This document shows, piece after piece, positions 51,550-64,000 of a stretch of DNA of 64,000 nt; positions within the stretch are counted from its first letter, which is position 1, and every line of letters begins with the position of its first letter. The translations under genes and the position numbers were made by a program. This DNA is from Lama glama (lineage: Eukaryota), in contig CM052818.1 of the NCBI GenBank assembly GCA_028534125.1, forward strand, positions 30,196,001-30,260,000, given 5' to 3'. The notes beneath the pieces are model-generated. The model did no database searches. It saw only the letters and a program-made list of their open reading frames with translations, and was not told the origin of the DNA.

Positions 51550-51592
51550 CTAAAAAGATCAAAAATGGTCAGGTAAGTATATGCAGTTAAAG
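51550..51592 (-). CDS. SLC30A6: SLC30A6 exon 4 (43 nt)
   Basis: ttttgcag|(A)LTAYTYLTIFDLF(S)|gtaagt. Confidence 0.93.
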
Positions 51593-51748
51593 CTGCAAAA
51601 CAACAAAATGTTTGGTTAAAATGTTACTGAATCCATTGTTAGGGAATAAATTACCATAATTGTTCATACCAGAGGTATCCAACATCAAAAAAAAAATCAT
51701 GAGTCACTGACTAATCTCATATTTTGGCAATTATCTAGTAAATTTGAT

Positions 51749-51789
51749 TAATATATATGTAGCTAAGTTGGTTAGCTACATATATATTA
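51749..51789. repeat. Perfect 18-bp inverted repeat with 5-nt loop
   Basis: taatatatatgtagctaa-gttgg-ttagctacatatatatta. Confidence 0.95.
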
Positions 51790-52089
51790 TATGTATTGTC
51801 TATATATATACAAAAGCTTAATTTAGAACCTAATTTTTTCATTAGGAAAAATGAAACAGCATATGCTCAAAAGCCCTGTGACCAATTTTTTGCCTTCTTC
51901 TGTCATGAATACTATTTTAAATGAATTCCTTAAACAACAGGATGAAAATAATTGTACATAAAAACAAAAGAGGTCAAGACACAAGAAAATATTCCAGATT
52001 TCTCTTTTCAAGGAAAATCCAATAAATCTCAAAATCTTATTTATACACTACATAAAGTACTTATCTATCACACTAAAAAGAAATCTCAT

Positions 52090-52195
52090 GAAAAGAAACA
52101 TGCACTCCAATGTTCTTAACAGTATAATTTACAATAGCCAAGATACGGAAGCAACCCAAGTGTCCATCAACAGACAAATGGATAAAGACATGGTG

Positions 52196-52244
<49 letters not shown>

Positions 52245-52675
52245 GAATATTACTCAGCCATAAATGAAATTCTGCCATTTGCAGAAACATGGATGGACCT
52301 AGAGAACATTATTCCTAGTGAAATAAGTTAGAGGAAGACAAATTCTATATGATATCACTTGTATGTGGAATCTAAAAAATAAAACAAAAGAATGTATATA
52401 GCTAAACAGAAACAGACTCACAGGTATAGAAAACAAACTAGTGGTTACCAGTAGGGAGAGGGAAGGGGAGAAAAGCAAGATAGGGGTATGAGATAATACA
52501 TATGAACTACTCTGTATAAAATAGGTAAGCAACAAGGATGTATTGTACAGCACAGGGAATCATCACCATTATTTTGCAATAATTTTTAATGGAGTATAAT
52601 CTATAAAAATTCTAAATCATTATGCTGTACATCTAAAACTAATATTGTAAATCAACTATGCCTTAATTTAAAAAA
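52090..52675 (+). mobile_element. L1 3' end containing an (AC)22 microsatellite
   Basis: ggaagcaacccaagtgtccatcaacagac, acatggatggacctagagaacatt, aacaaggatgtattgtacagcacaggg, tgtaaatcaactat. Confidence 0.88.
52199..52242. repeat. (AC)22 microsatellite
   Basis: Counted directly. Confidence 0.97.
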
Positions 52676-52936
52676 TGTTTTTAAATCTCACTTTTTCAAA
52701 TCTACTTAAAGTTTTTTTTTTAAAAAATAATTGCTCACTTTAAACGACAGCACCTAACAACTGAATCAAACTTTACAGTTTATAAGGTACTTTCCAAATA
52801 GATTCTGTCATTTAAATCTTTTAAGTTATACTTCAGAATAATATATTCTTTGTAAAGGAAGACATATTTATTTAAAATCAGAACAATAAAAGTGAAACTA
52901 ATATTTAACTCCATAAAAATAAGAATAATGACATAC

Positions 52937-53021
52937 CTATACTATTGGTAGAATTACACCACATAAGCAGGAAGCCAGTACATGTTAAATTTATTGCACC
53001 AAAGAGCAGTATCTTCCAGGA
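52937..53021 (-). CDS. SLC30A6: SLC30A6 exon 3 (85 nt)
   Basis: ttcacag|SWKILLFGAINLTCTGFLLMWCNSTNSI|gtatgt. Confidence 0.95.
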
Positions 53022-54356
53022 CTGTGAAAAAGAAAATCATTCGTATTTGTACAGTGCTGATAAACTTCACTGGGATCATGCAAGTTGCTATGATTCATGC
53101 TCTGATATACAAAGGAATAAGCACAACTTCTTACAAAAAGTCGAAGTGCCACATTTTCTAAAAGTATGAAAATTATCATTAACAGAGTTATTATTATAAA
53201 ATAAAAGCCTAAAACAGTAAATCTAGAAAGGGAATTATTCAAGAGAAAATAAATTCTGACACATAAACTCTGTTGAGAAAATACGCTGACATTTGAATAT
53301 AATTTTGTCTCTATAAACATGTGTATGGAGACAATGACAAACAAATGGCGCAAAATGTAAAGCAACTGATGACTCTGAGTAAAGGGTATATGGGAGTTCC
53401 TTATACTAATTATGTAACTTTTTTGTAAGTTTGAAATTATATTAAAATAAAGTTACCCTGCCCACCCTATTCCCCGAAAAAGGGGCAGTACCTGGTTATC
53501 TACCAAATAAGCTGCATGAAAACAGGACTGCAAAAGAGGGAAAGATTATCATGGCTTAGAGTTTCACAGAAAAGGGAGGATCTGAGATACACCACAAAAT
53601 AGTCAGAATTCAGAAGGAGGAAGGGCATTCTATAAATAAAGGAAGAAGAGACCAAGTGAAGTGTGTTTTATTTTTGTTCCACTCCACTCCCCACAAAGGG
53701 AGATCTATGCTTATATGAAAGCAGAAGTGAAATAAATTAGTGAAAAGGCAGTTATCTGGAGGTGTTAAAATTAAACATGTAATTGCAAAGGTCAAGTGTG
53801 ATATGGAATAAGATAGTTTTAGAATGTAGATGAAAGGTGTAGGTTTAGAAAGGAAGACAACCTTTGAGAAAGGTGAGAAGGCTAAGGTGACTGAGGAGAC
53901 AGAAATTGTAAGGGAGAAAGAAGTGACAGTGATGTAGCACGGAGCTAAGAGCCTATAAGTCTCTAAAGAGAAAGAAGCAAAGCCATTTTTTAAAATTGAT
54001 GGATACTGTAAAGTAGGACTGGAAACTTAAATCCAGAGGAGAATCTGTAAAATAGCTGTAATGGGGAATGTACTATTCAATCATCAAAGAAGAGAACAAG
54101 AATTACCAGCATGAATTTGTGGTAGACCCGGTTCTGGAACTTCCTCTGCATCCAAGAGCAAAGCCAGAGAAGCACGTGAGATAGGAATGCTGGAGACTTG
54201 AGAATTGATAAGATAGGTTAATGGGACAAAGGACTCTAATATTAGTGAGGACATTAATAACATGACTGGAATGGGTCTGGTTAGGACAGGGACTCCTCAA
54301 GTCAGAAAAGGAAGATAAAGCATGAAATACATGCTGTCCTACTTCTGAATCAAGCT

Positions 54357-56720
54357 ATTCATCAACAAGTATTTAAGTACTTTATAAAAGACACTATTCT
54401 ATGCACTGAAGATACAGTAGTGAACAAAACAGGGATCTTATAATCAAGGTGGGGTGACAGACAATAAGCAAAAATACAAGGTCAGGTGGTGATTAAGTGC
54501 GAGGAAGAAAAAGTATATTAAGAACACAGTAATGGAAGATTTGGAAGAGTTACTCTTTTAGACAACGTGGTCATAAAAGACTCCTTTGGTGAGGTGACGT
54601 GACCAGAAACATGAAAGAGGCAAAGGTACTAGGTGTGCAGATACCTGGGAAAGAAGACAGGAACCACAGTGCAAATGCCCTGAGACAGAAGAGCACCTAG
54701 CTGAGAGCTAGACAAGAGAGGTGAGAGAGAGTCTGGGGCCATATCAAGTAGTATCTTGTATACCAGGAAAAGAATTGGGATTTATTCCAAGTGAGATGGA
54801 AAGTATCTAAGCTTTCATTTTTAAAAGATGATTCTGCTTCCCCATGTAGAATATGATGCATAGGGGCAAGGATGGAAAGTAGAAAGACCATTTTAATGTG
54901 ACTGCAATAATCCATGTGGGAAATGATGGTGGCTTCAAAGGTGCTAAGAAGGTATTAGAACAGTCAGATTCTGGGTATTATACTGAAGACAAAGCTAGCA
55001 AGATTTACTTATGAAACAGTTCTGAGGGATGAAGGAAAGAGAGGGGAAAGAATCACTCCAAGATTTCTGGCCTGAGCCATTTAATGAGGAAGTGACAGAA
55101 AGTCAAAGTTCAGGCTTGATCATATTAAATCTGAGATGCCCATTAGATACCCAGGCGAAAATGTTGGGAAGGCCATTATACACAGGAGTTGGGAGGTAGG
55201 GAAGAAGTTAGGAACTGAGATATTAATACGGGGTCATCAGCATATGGTAGTGAAAGTGTCACCTGGATACAATAAATATAAACAAGAAAGGCCGGAGTTC
55301 TAAGCCATGGGACACTGCAAAACTTAGACGTCAGAAAGATGAGACGGAAGTAGCAAAGGAGACTAAAAATAATAGCCAAGTAAGTAGGAGGAAAACCAAA
55401 AGTGGTACTTCAGAATACAAATGAATAAAGTGCTTTAAGGAAGAAGCGACTGATTTTTGACAAATGCCACTGAAGGTCAAATAAGAAGGGACATGAGGAT
55501 AACTGTTGACTTTGGCAACATAGAAGTTATTAGTTACCTTGTAAAAGCTGTTTCTGTAGATAAGTGGAGACTGGAGCCAGATTGGTTTTAACAGAGACAG
55601 GGAGAAGAGAAAGCGAACAAAGTGAGTAGAGACAATTATTTTAAGTAGTTTTGCCATAAAAGGAAGCATAGAAAGAAGCAGCAACTGAGAGCAATATATG
55701 GCATGTAATTATGACACAAGGAGAGGAGAATGAATTAACAAGAAACAACAACACAAGAGACAGAAAGATCAGTTACAGGAATGTCATCTGTGAGAAGGCA
55801 ACAGTGGAGGGATTGGCCTCAAGACAGCAGATTGGACAGTTCTTTCACAGAAACAGGAAGGAAACAGGGTGTTGGTAGGTGTGCTAACGACAGGATGTAG
55901 AAGTTTTCTTCTGATTATTCCTTTTACCCTATTGAAACAGGAAGCAAGATCAACAGGTTAGAGTGAGGATGAATAAGGTTTTAGAAGTTTGAGGACAGAA
56001 GTGACAGAAAATGGCTGAAACTATTATTTAAGAAAGTGGGAAACTGAATGAACTAGGAAGATACAGTATGGGCAGTACTAGTTGCATACTTGACCATGAA
56101 TTTAAAGTGAGACCCGCTGGCATGTCTGTGTGTTTCTTTCAGGCTACACTCAGTAGCTTGCATGCAGGTACAGAGTAGAAAGAAAGAGGACTTAATAAGG
56201 TTAAGGATTTGCCAAGGAAGTATATTAGACAGAAGGGGAGGATAAAGAAGTTGAAGGCATATGCAAGAAAATAAAAATGATGGACCACAGAGTCTAAACT
56301 GATAAATAAGCAAATGAGGATAAGTGAAGCAAAAAACAATAAAAATATGGCAGAGTCAGTGGACTGGAGGTCCTAGTAAGACTGACGAATTACTGGAGTT
56401 GGGGAAAAGGGAGGGGTGAACTGGAAAAACTAGAGATGGTGACTGAAGAGTAAAATGCTTGAAATTGAGACAATGGGAAGACATAGTTACTATAAATGAT
56501 ACTGAAGAGTAAAATGCTTGAAATTGAGACAATGGGAAGACATAGTTACTATAAATGATAAAGTCCACGGTATGATCATAGGAGTGGATGGTTAGGAGGG
56601 GGAGAAGGCGAGATTATCTGTGGTGAGGAAGTAAGGAACTGAGAGGTAAGGAGCTTCCACATGAAATATGAAATTACCAGGAACTAAGATAGGTGTAGGA
56701 AGAGAGATGAGCCAGATATG
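54357..56720 (-). mobile_element. Long L2 remnant (~2.4 kb) including its 3' terminus
   Basis: ttcatcaacaagtatttaagtac...gatacagtagtgaacaaaacag (reverse complement of the L2 3' end), followed by purine-rich L2 body motifs (gatttctggcctgagc, tgagatgcccattagatacc, gactttggcaacatagaag). Confidence 0.75.
56442..56560. repeat. 59-bp perfect tandem duplication within L2
   Basis: actgaagagtaaaatgcttgaaattgagacaatgggaagacatagttactataaatgat x2. Confidence 0.95.
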
Positions 56721-56984
56721 TCTTTTAAGATTTAAATTATGACAGAGATTATCTACACAATTCAAGTCTTCCTGTGTCAGTTTTGTTCCTACTACCTATT
56801 CTGTGCTTCAATAAGTGTACTGTTAAAGAATTTTCTGATTATTTCTGCAATATAGTTGCTTTCCATCAACATAATAAAGCTGTATCTATCAGCTCTCAAG
56901 AGATCATCCTAAATGGTCTAGATACATAAGAAGCAGATAAGTTTCCAATCCTGGCTCTTGAACTTTAACATTCAGGGATGATAG

Positions 56985-58009
<1,025 letters not shown>

Positions 58010-58735
58010 ATTCAGGGATGATAGTATTTCCAAATACTTCAATTACTGAGTTCTGACTACATTCCAAGATTTTAGAAACAGGGGATATAGTGGTTAAAAA
58101 AAGAAAAGAAAAGAAACGAAAAGAAGCCTTTAGTTTAGTATCACAACACATGGTCAATCATTGGTACTGCTTATTATGTTCCACTGAAGCTAGTATTACT
58201 TAAAATCCATCAAATATTTACTGAGTGCTTATTTTATACTTCTATTAAAAAGTGAGCAAAAGAGATATAGTCACTGCCCTCAGGGAGCTTACTGTTTAAG
58301 ACAATAATGAGAACAAAGAAAATAGAATAATAACTATGAGGTCTACACTGGTGACCAAAAAGGGTACAGATGATTTTTTTATTTACAGTCTTGAAGTATA
58401 ACTTATTTTTCCTAACATTAAAAATGAGAAAACATGATTTCAGACCACATGCACTTTATTTGTTTAATAATGTAAGGCAATGCCTAAACAATTTCTCTTC
58501 GAAATTCTAGAATTAGAATAAAATCTAAAGTCTAGTTTCCTCCCAAGCAAAACAACTGTATAGCAAAGTATTGTTAATTTTACATTAGAAAATTACTTAC
58601 CCAATGTAAAAAAATGACAACAGTGTGGTGGGATCAAGAGTGATTTCTATTTGTCTTAAAAATCACCTTTTTTCAATGTTATAATATTGTTTGTGCAATA
58701 ATTAAAACTAGAGTTAATGAATAAAAATAACTTAC

Positions 58736-58822
58736 CCTTCGGTCAGCTGCTACCAGTCTAAATTCCTGTAATAACTTGCCAAAAAAAGATCTTTGTGGTT
58801 TTCTGAAGAGATGAATTGTCCC
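58736..58822 (-). CDS. SLC30A6: SLC30A6 exon 2 (87 nt)
   Basis: ttttaaag|GTIHLFRKPQRSFFGKLLQEFRLVAADRR|gtaagt on the minus strand. Confidence 0.95.
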
Positions 58823-61800
58823 CTTTAAAACAGACAAAAAATACACAGGTCAGCATGAAAGTGTCTAATCCTCTTCATAGTTCTGTGATATGATACAGTA
58901 CTAAGAACTAGCATTTACTGAATGCTTTAAATATGCCAAGCTTTACATGTATTTATCTATTTAAGACTCACAATAGTCTATGAGGTAAGAACAATTTTTA
59001 GTAAATTGTCCAAGCACACAAATGCAAGTAATAAGCAGGAATTCAAACCCAGGCATTTTAGCTTCAGACCAAACTCTTTTTCTAAAATGGATTGGACAAT
59101 TTAGAACCAGAAAAGCAAAACAGCTCTACCAGAAAGAAAATATTACAATTTACCTAATTAAAGCTTTATATATGAAAGGCTTGGCAACTATCACCACCGT
59201 AAAACCTCTGAGTTTCTCTCTTGGGCAAAGTATAAGGCATCTTAGCTAGCTTTTGTGGTCCCTGCTAGTACATAGCATGGTGCTAGCAGAAGGGCAGGCA
59301 GTGGGGTTACCAGTGAAAGAGACTACAGTGGGATTTACTACCCAAGTTTAGGAAACCATGTAGTAAAGCCCTAACATAAAGCAGAACTCAAGCAAACATG
59401 GGAAATCAGCCTGTGAAGAGGTAGTACCCAACATCGGTGGGAAATATATGAGTTATTCTATAAATGCTATTTGGAAAAACGTGAAGTTGGATCCTTACTA
59501 TACCTTTTACTCTTTTTTATTATTTTAAAATTAAAATATAAAACTATAGAGTACTTGAAGAAATGTATGGATGTATAATTTTATAAGCTTGGAGGTGGAG
59601 AAGTTGTTTCCTAATAGGACATAAAACCAAGAAGCTGTAAAGGAAAACACTGATCAACTTTACTATATACTTTCACGATAGGAACACAATATTCTAACAA
59701 AAAGAAAAAAAACCTGGGAAGACAAAGTGAAAACTTAAAAAAAATTTTTTAATTATTTTTTTTAACTTTTAATTTATTTATTATTATTTTAAAAAATTTT
59801 TCTTTTAGAAAACTTCTATTATTCCAAAATCAAAGAAACCTTGTCTAGGGGAAAAAACTCTTCACAATTTTCAATTGGTCATACTTAATAATTTGATTGC
59901 TAAGTCCCATATATTTAAACACTTGGATTTTAATTTTAACAAAATACTTTCCTAGATGGAAAAGGTCATAATTACCATAATAACCATATTATATTTCCAT
60001 CCCACTAACGTTGGCCAATTTGACTAAACACTGAAGCTCCACAGACAGCAGTGGAACTGGGTTTCAACAAATTAAAAATGTGAAAAACCTCTCAGATCCA
60101 ATTCAAGCAGAGGATGATCTTCTTTTAGTTAGCATCTAGAAACATCTCTGTAGTTATAAAATGGTATATTCCACTTCTTCAAGTTTGACATGTCATTAGT
60201 TGTATTATGTTGAGACTCAGGAAAGGCAGAAAATAAGGTGAGCACCAGAAATCTGGCATAAGAAAAACAGCAAAATGTTGATAATTGTTGAGGCCAACTG
60301 TTGGCTACATGGGGGCTCATTATAATATATTCCCTCTACTTTTGCATATGTTTGAAACTTTCCACGATAAAAAATCAAAGTAAAAAATACTTTAAATTAT
60401 AAAAATAAAGCATCAGAAAAAGGTATTACTAATTTTGATATCCAAATAAAGACCAGTGTATGTGTGTAACCCTAAGGCTGTGCTCAGCCAATTCAGTTTA
60501 AAAGGAACAATACGCTATTTTCCTTTGAGATGTGAACAAATGGCTAATGTTAACAAATATACTTTAGGTTTAAAGTATTATGTGTGGGACATTTTGGCCC
60601 CAAAGATAAATTATGCTTAATACTGGTATCCTTGGATATCTTCTAACTTCAGCCCAGTTTAAATTTTAAGTTACTTCAAGTTTTAGGTTAAGACAATTGG
60701 TAAGGTTTCTAAAAGGCCAAGGGCCATATCTGATGTCACTGTGATACTGAGGGGGGAAAAAACACAAAAATCCTAACGTTCATGTCCCTCTTTCCAAAAT
60801 TACATTGGCTCTCCATGGCTGTCAGGATAAACTCCCAACTTTACAACCTGGAATTCAACTTAGCATCAGTTTCTTTCCCATTTTTTCTCTTGCTCCAGAT
60901 AGGAATCCTCAAATTCAACTAAACTGTTGTAATCCATGTCTCATGATTATACCACTCCAGAGTGAAAGGCCAGGCCTGTCTAATCCAAGCTGTAATACCC
61001 TATAGCACATAGCAAGTTACTTGACCTCTCTCTGTTTCCTCATCCAAAAGAGAATAATGAGTAGCAGACTGAAAGCACTGGAGTAAGGGATAAAGTACTC
61101 AGTTTTTGGTTAAAACCTATATGAAGCCTTACTAGATTATTCCAAACTACAGTGTTTTTTATGCCACTTGCTTTATAATTAACAGTAGAATAGCCTTCAT
61201 TTCATCACCTTGCATGGTAAGTTAACTTTTCAGTAACTTCACTGATGACAAGGGGTCTATTTTCTTTACATTTTCCAAGACAGCACTATGCATTGCACAT
61301 TGAATGTTCTCAATAAATAACATATAGTGGGTGACTCATGAAACCTTTCTTCATCAAAGCTTTAAAAAGAAACCTTACTGGCCACTATTTCCCTTATTAC
61401 TAATGTTTCAAGTGTAAAAATTTAGTGTCACAGTTACATATTCAGTGTTTTATAAAACAGGTATTTATTGAAAACTTCCTCTGGGCCAAGTACTATACCA
61501 AAGGTTCTGGGAATACTAGTGAATGAACAGGTCCTTCTCTCAAAGAGCTTACAGACTAGGACAAGCAAGTAAATACATATTTTAGCAGTCTGGTAAGACT
61601 CCAGTTATTGGTAAAAATCACCCTACAGGAAGGTAAAGGTGGCACCTAATAGGCTCTTGAGACATGGCAGAAAGGCTCATGAAAGAGGCTACAGAGCATG
61701 TCAGAGTTATATTAATAAGGACAGAGGGTGGAAGGAGAACGATTTTGGCAGGTAGAAAAGCATATATTAGGTGCAAAGGTCTAATTCTTACAGCACGACC

Positions 61801-62699
61801 TACAAACTGTTCACTGTAGCTGGAATACGGATATATGTATGCACGTGGAAGGCTGTAAAGATAAGAAGTTTGACTACAAATATCTTTGTATGCCATACTA
61901 AATAGGACTTTACTTTGAGGACTACAGAAAAAAAACAGAAAGATTTTAGGTAAGGAAGTAGCATGGCAAAATTTTAGAAACTGAACTTTGGCTACACAGT
62001 GGTGAATGTTTTGAAGAAGATAGCTAGAGGCTATCTGGTCAGCCCAAAAAAGTAAACTTTCACTCACTTTGTATGTAAAGGAAAGATTACAGAAAATTTA
62101 CAAAAGATTTAAAACGTATGTGAATAAGAAATTTTTTCGACCATATCCACTCAAGGAAAAACTTAATAGAGCGACAGTGCTTAGGCACAGAAACGTGCTC
62201 CTTTTCTCATACGCGAGCTATCAATAACAAATTCATGAATTTTTCTGATAAAACGGTTTGTACCTCTTTTGACACTGAAATCACACTCAACTGCTTATCT
62301 TTGAGTAAAAGTCAGAGAGCTATACAATTTATTCCTAAAGGCATAAAGTGACTAATTCTTCTGACAAAATTTAGATTAAACACTATATTCCCCCAAACCA
62401 TAAAGTATACTGGAATCTGCAAACGCACAAAAAACCTGCAATAAGAGGCTCTATTAACACCTTGACTTTCACCAGTCTCTGGCCTTCTGAAAGCTGCTGC
62501 CGTGCCCGGCTATCTGCACTCAACAAAGCCAAGCTGGAAAGTGGGGCGTCAGCCTCAATACCGTAACTCATCACCCTCTTCATTTACGCCATTGTTGTCA
62601 ATGCTGTAAGCATCACTATTACGGTCGTTGTTGTGGAGTTTTTTTTTTTTCAGATATTATGTTGGTGTAGCAGTCGCTCAGACCAGCAAAGACTTTTAT

Positions 62700-63220
62700 T
62701 TCTATACCGAAAATATCACGGCAGGGAAGAGGCATAAACTCGCCCAGGGTCGAACGCTCGGCCTGCAGCGGGGTCCCGAGCCGCAAAGGAACCGGGTGAG
62801 GGAGCGAGGGGGCACCAGAGCTCTGAGGAGTCTCTCTCAGACACCAGCCGCTCCTCCCGGGGAGCCCAAGCATAACTCCAGAGACCCCTCGTCTGCGAAG
62901 CTGAGGCACTACAAGGCCGCTTCAGGACGAGAGAGCATAAGAGAAATCACAACGAGAGAAACCCTCACGCCCCTGGCCAACTCACCATGGTAAGGAGCTG
63001 CACGGCTCCCGCCGGAAGATGCTCTGGGAGCTGGTTTTTTTTTAGAGCGGAAGGGGTGGGGCATCAGAGGCCGATTGGCTGCGAACGACGCGGGGGCGGA
63101 AGTCCGTGCACTAACCTCCGGGCCCCGCGCCCCCTTCCCGGCTGCCCCTGCGTTCTATAGAGGCGAAGGCGGCGGCTAGAGGGACTCTTTCGAGCTTTAC
63201 GCGGTCTGGAAATGTAGCTG
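62700..63220 (-). promoter_or_regulatory. SLC30A6: CpG-island promoter / exon 1 region of SLC30A6
   Basis: Sharp rise in GC and CpG content in an AT-rich window. CCAAT box (ATTGG 63074-63078 on +), overlapping GC-box/ETS site GGGGCGGAAGT at 63093-63103, further CGGAAG cores near 63013 and 63048. Confidence 0.85.
62986..62988 (-). CDS. SLC30A6: SLC30A6 exon 1 coding part (ATG only)
   Basis: Minus strand reads ttaccATG|gtgagt inside the CpG island; joins in frame to GGG ACA ATT CAT (MGTIH...). Confidence 0.9.
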
Positions 63221-63390
63221 GGCCTTGAGGTCCTTGTCAAGGAGCAAGTAGGGGTTGTTTGTAATGTTAGGGAAATTTCTTTGAGTCCTGAAGCGCTTTT
63301 ACCTATGTTTTGGTACTTAGTTTTTGCAATACCTTATGAAACAGCTTTCCCATTTTTCAAGTGAGGAAACGATAAAGAAAATTGCCCTAT

Positions 63391-63512
63391 AGGGCGAGGA
63401 TATAGCTCAAGGTTAGAGCATATGCTTAGCATGCACAAGTTCCTGGGTTCAATCCCCAGTACCACCTCTAAGAATAAATAAGTAAGCAAGCCTAATTACC
63501 TACCCCTCAAGA
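63391..63512 (+). mobile_element. tRNA-derived SINE upstream of the SLC30A6 promoter, inside a MIR-like relic
   Basis: gatatagctcaagg...cctgggttcaatccccagtacc; imperfect TSD aagaaaattgccc / aagaaactggccc. Confidence 0.8.
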
Positions 63513-64000
63513 AAAGAAACTGGCCCAGAGATACACATCTGTTTTGCCGTAGTAACTGAATTTGAACTCAGACCAACTACAGAGTACCATGTTCTAATTC
63601 CTAAAATACGTCTTACATTCTATGAGATTAATTTTATTTTAGAAAACGGAAAATAAAACACATGGATATAGAATTCATTGGGCAAAAAATGAATATCGCG
63701 CATGTGCGTGTATGGTACTGATCTCATGAAAATTATATTCTAGTAAGAAGGGACAAGTAGGGAGAAGGAAATTTTATAAATATATTGATAAGTAGTGTCA
63801 TTTAGAAAATAGGGTAATGGTATAGAGATTAACTGGGTCGCTAATTTAGAGTGGTAGTCAGAAAAAGCTATAAAGGTTTAAACTTGACTTCCAAATGACA
63901 AAAGTCCTTTTGTAAAGTTTTTTTCTAGGCAGAATAAATAATGTAAATACCTAAGTAAAACAAGCAGGGGTGTTTTCAGATCTGAAAGCAGGCAGTATGT

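Noticed and set aside
62515..62521. TGCACTC, matching the MTF-1 metal-response element consensus, in SLC30A6 intron 1
   Set aside because: A single degenerate 7-mer is expected by chance every few kb; no MRE cluster seen in the promoter.
62619..62993. 96-aa and 121-aa ORFs over the SLC30A6 promoter and intron 1
   Set aside because: Stop-poor GC-rich CpG-island sequence; no homology recognised.

Overview
Mammalian nuclear DNA, most likely a camelid (inferred from a tRNA-derived SINE resembling camelid Vic-1 and a camelid-like mitochondrial control-region insert). Two complete, convergent protein-coding genes can be rebuilt exon by exon from GT-AG boundaries. NLRC4 is on + (8 coding exons, 3041..27342, 3075 nt, 1024 aa; CARD-NACHT-LRR inflammasome sensor), and its start codon is split A|TG across a 2984-bp intron. 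SLC30A6/ZnT6 is on - (14 coding exons, 62988..31046, 1389 nt, 462 aa), with a CpG-island promoter at about 62.7-63.2 kb. The most unusual accessory structures are: (1) a ~765-bp mitochondrial insertion (NUMT: partial tRNA-Phe plus control region with CSB1-3 and a tandem repeat) nested in a MIR/MER63A cassette in the intron that splits the NLRC4 start codon; (2) one L1 target site apparently hit twice, leaving three copies of a 12-bp duplication around a SINE and an orphan retroposed mRNA 3' end; (3) a poly(A)-only insertion creating AATAAA signals in the NLRC4 3'UTR; (4) a full-length H3F3A processed pseudogene in SLC30A6 intron 2. The rest is L1, L2, MIR, LTR and DNA-transposon relics, microsatellites and a 500-N assembly gap. 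I found no evidence of a new multi-gene system. Repeat family names and human comparisons come from recalled sequences and need database confirmation.
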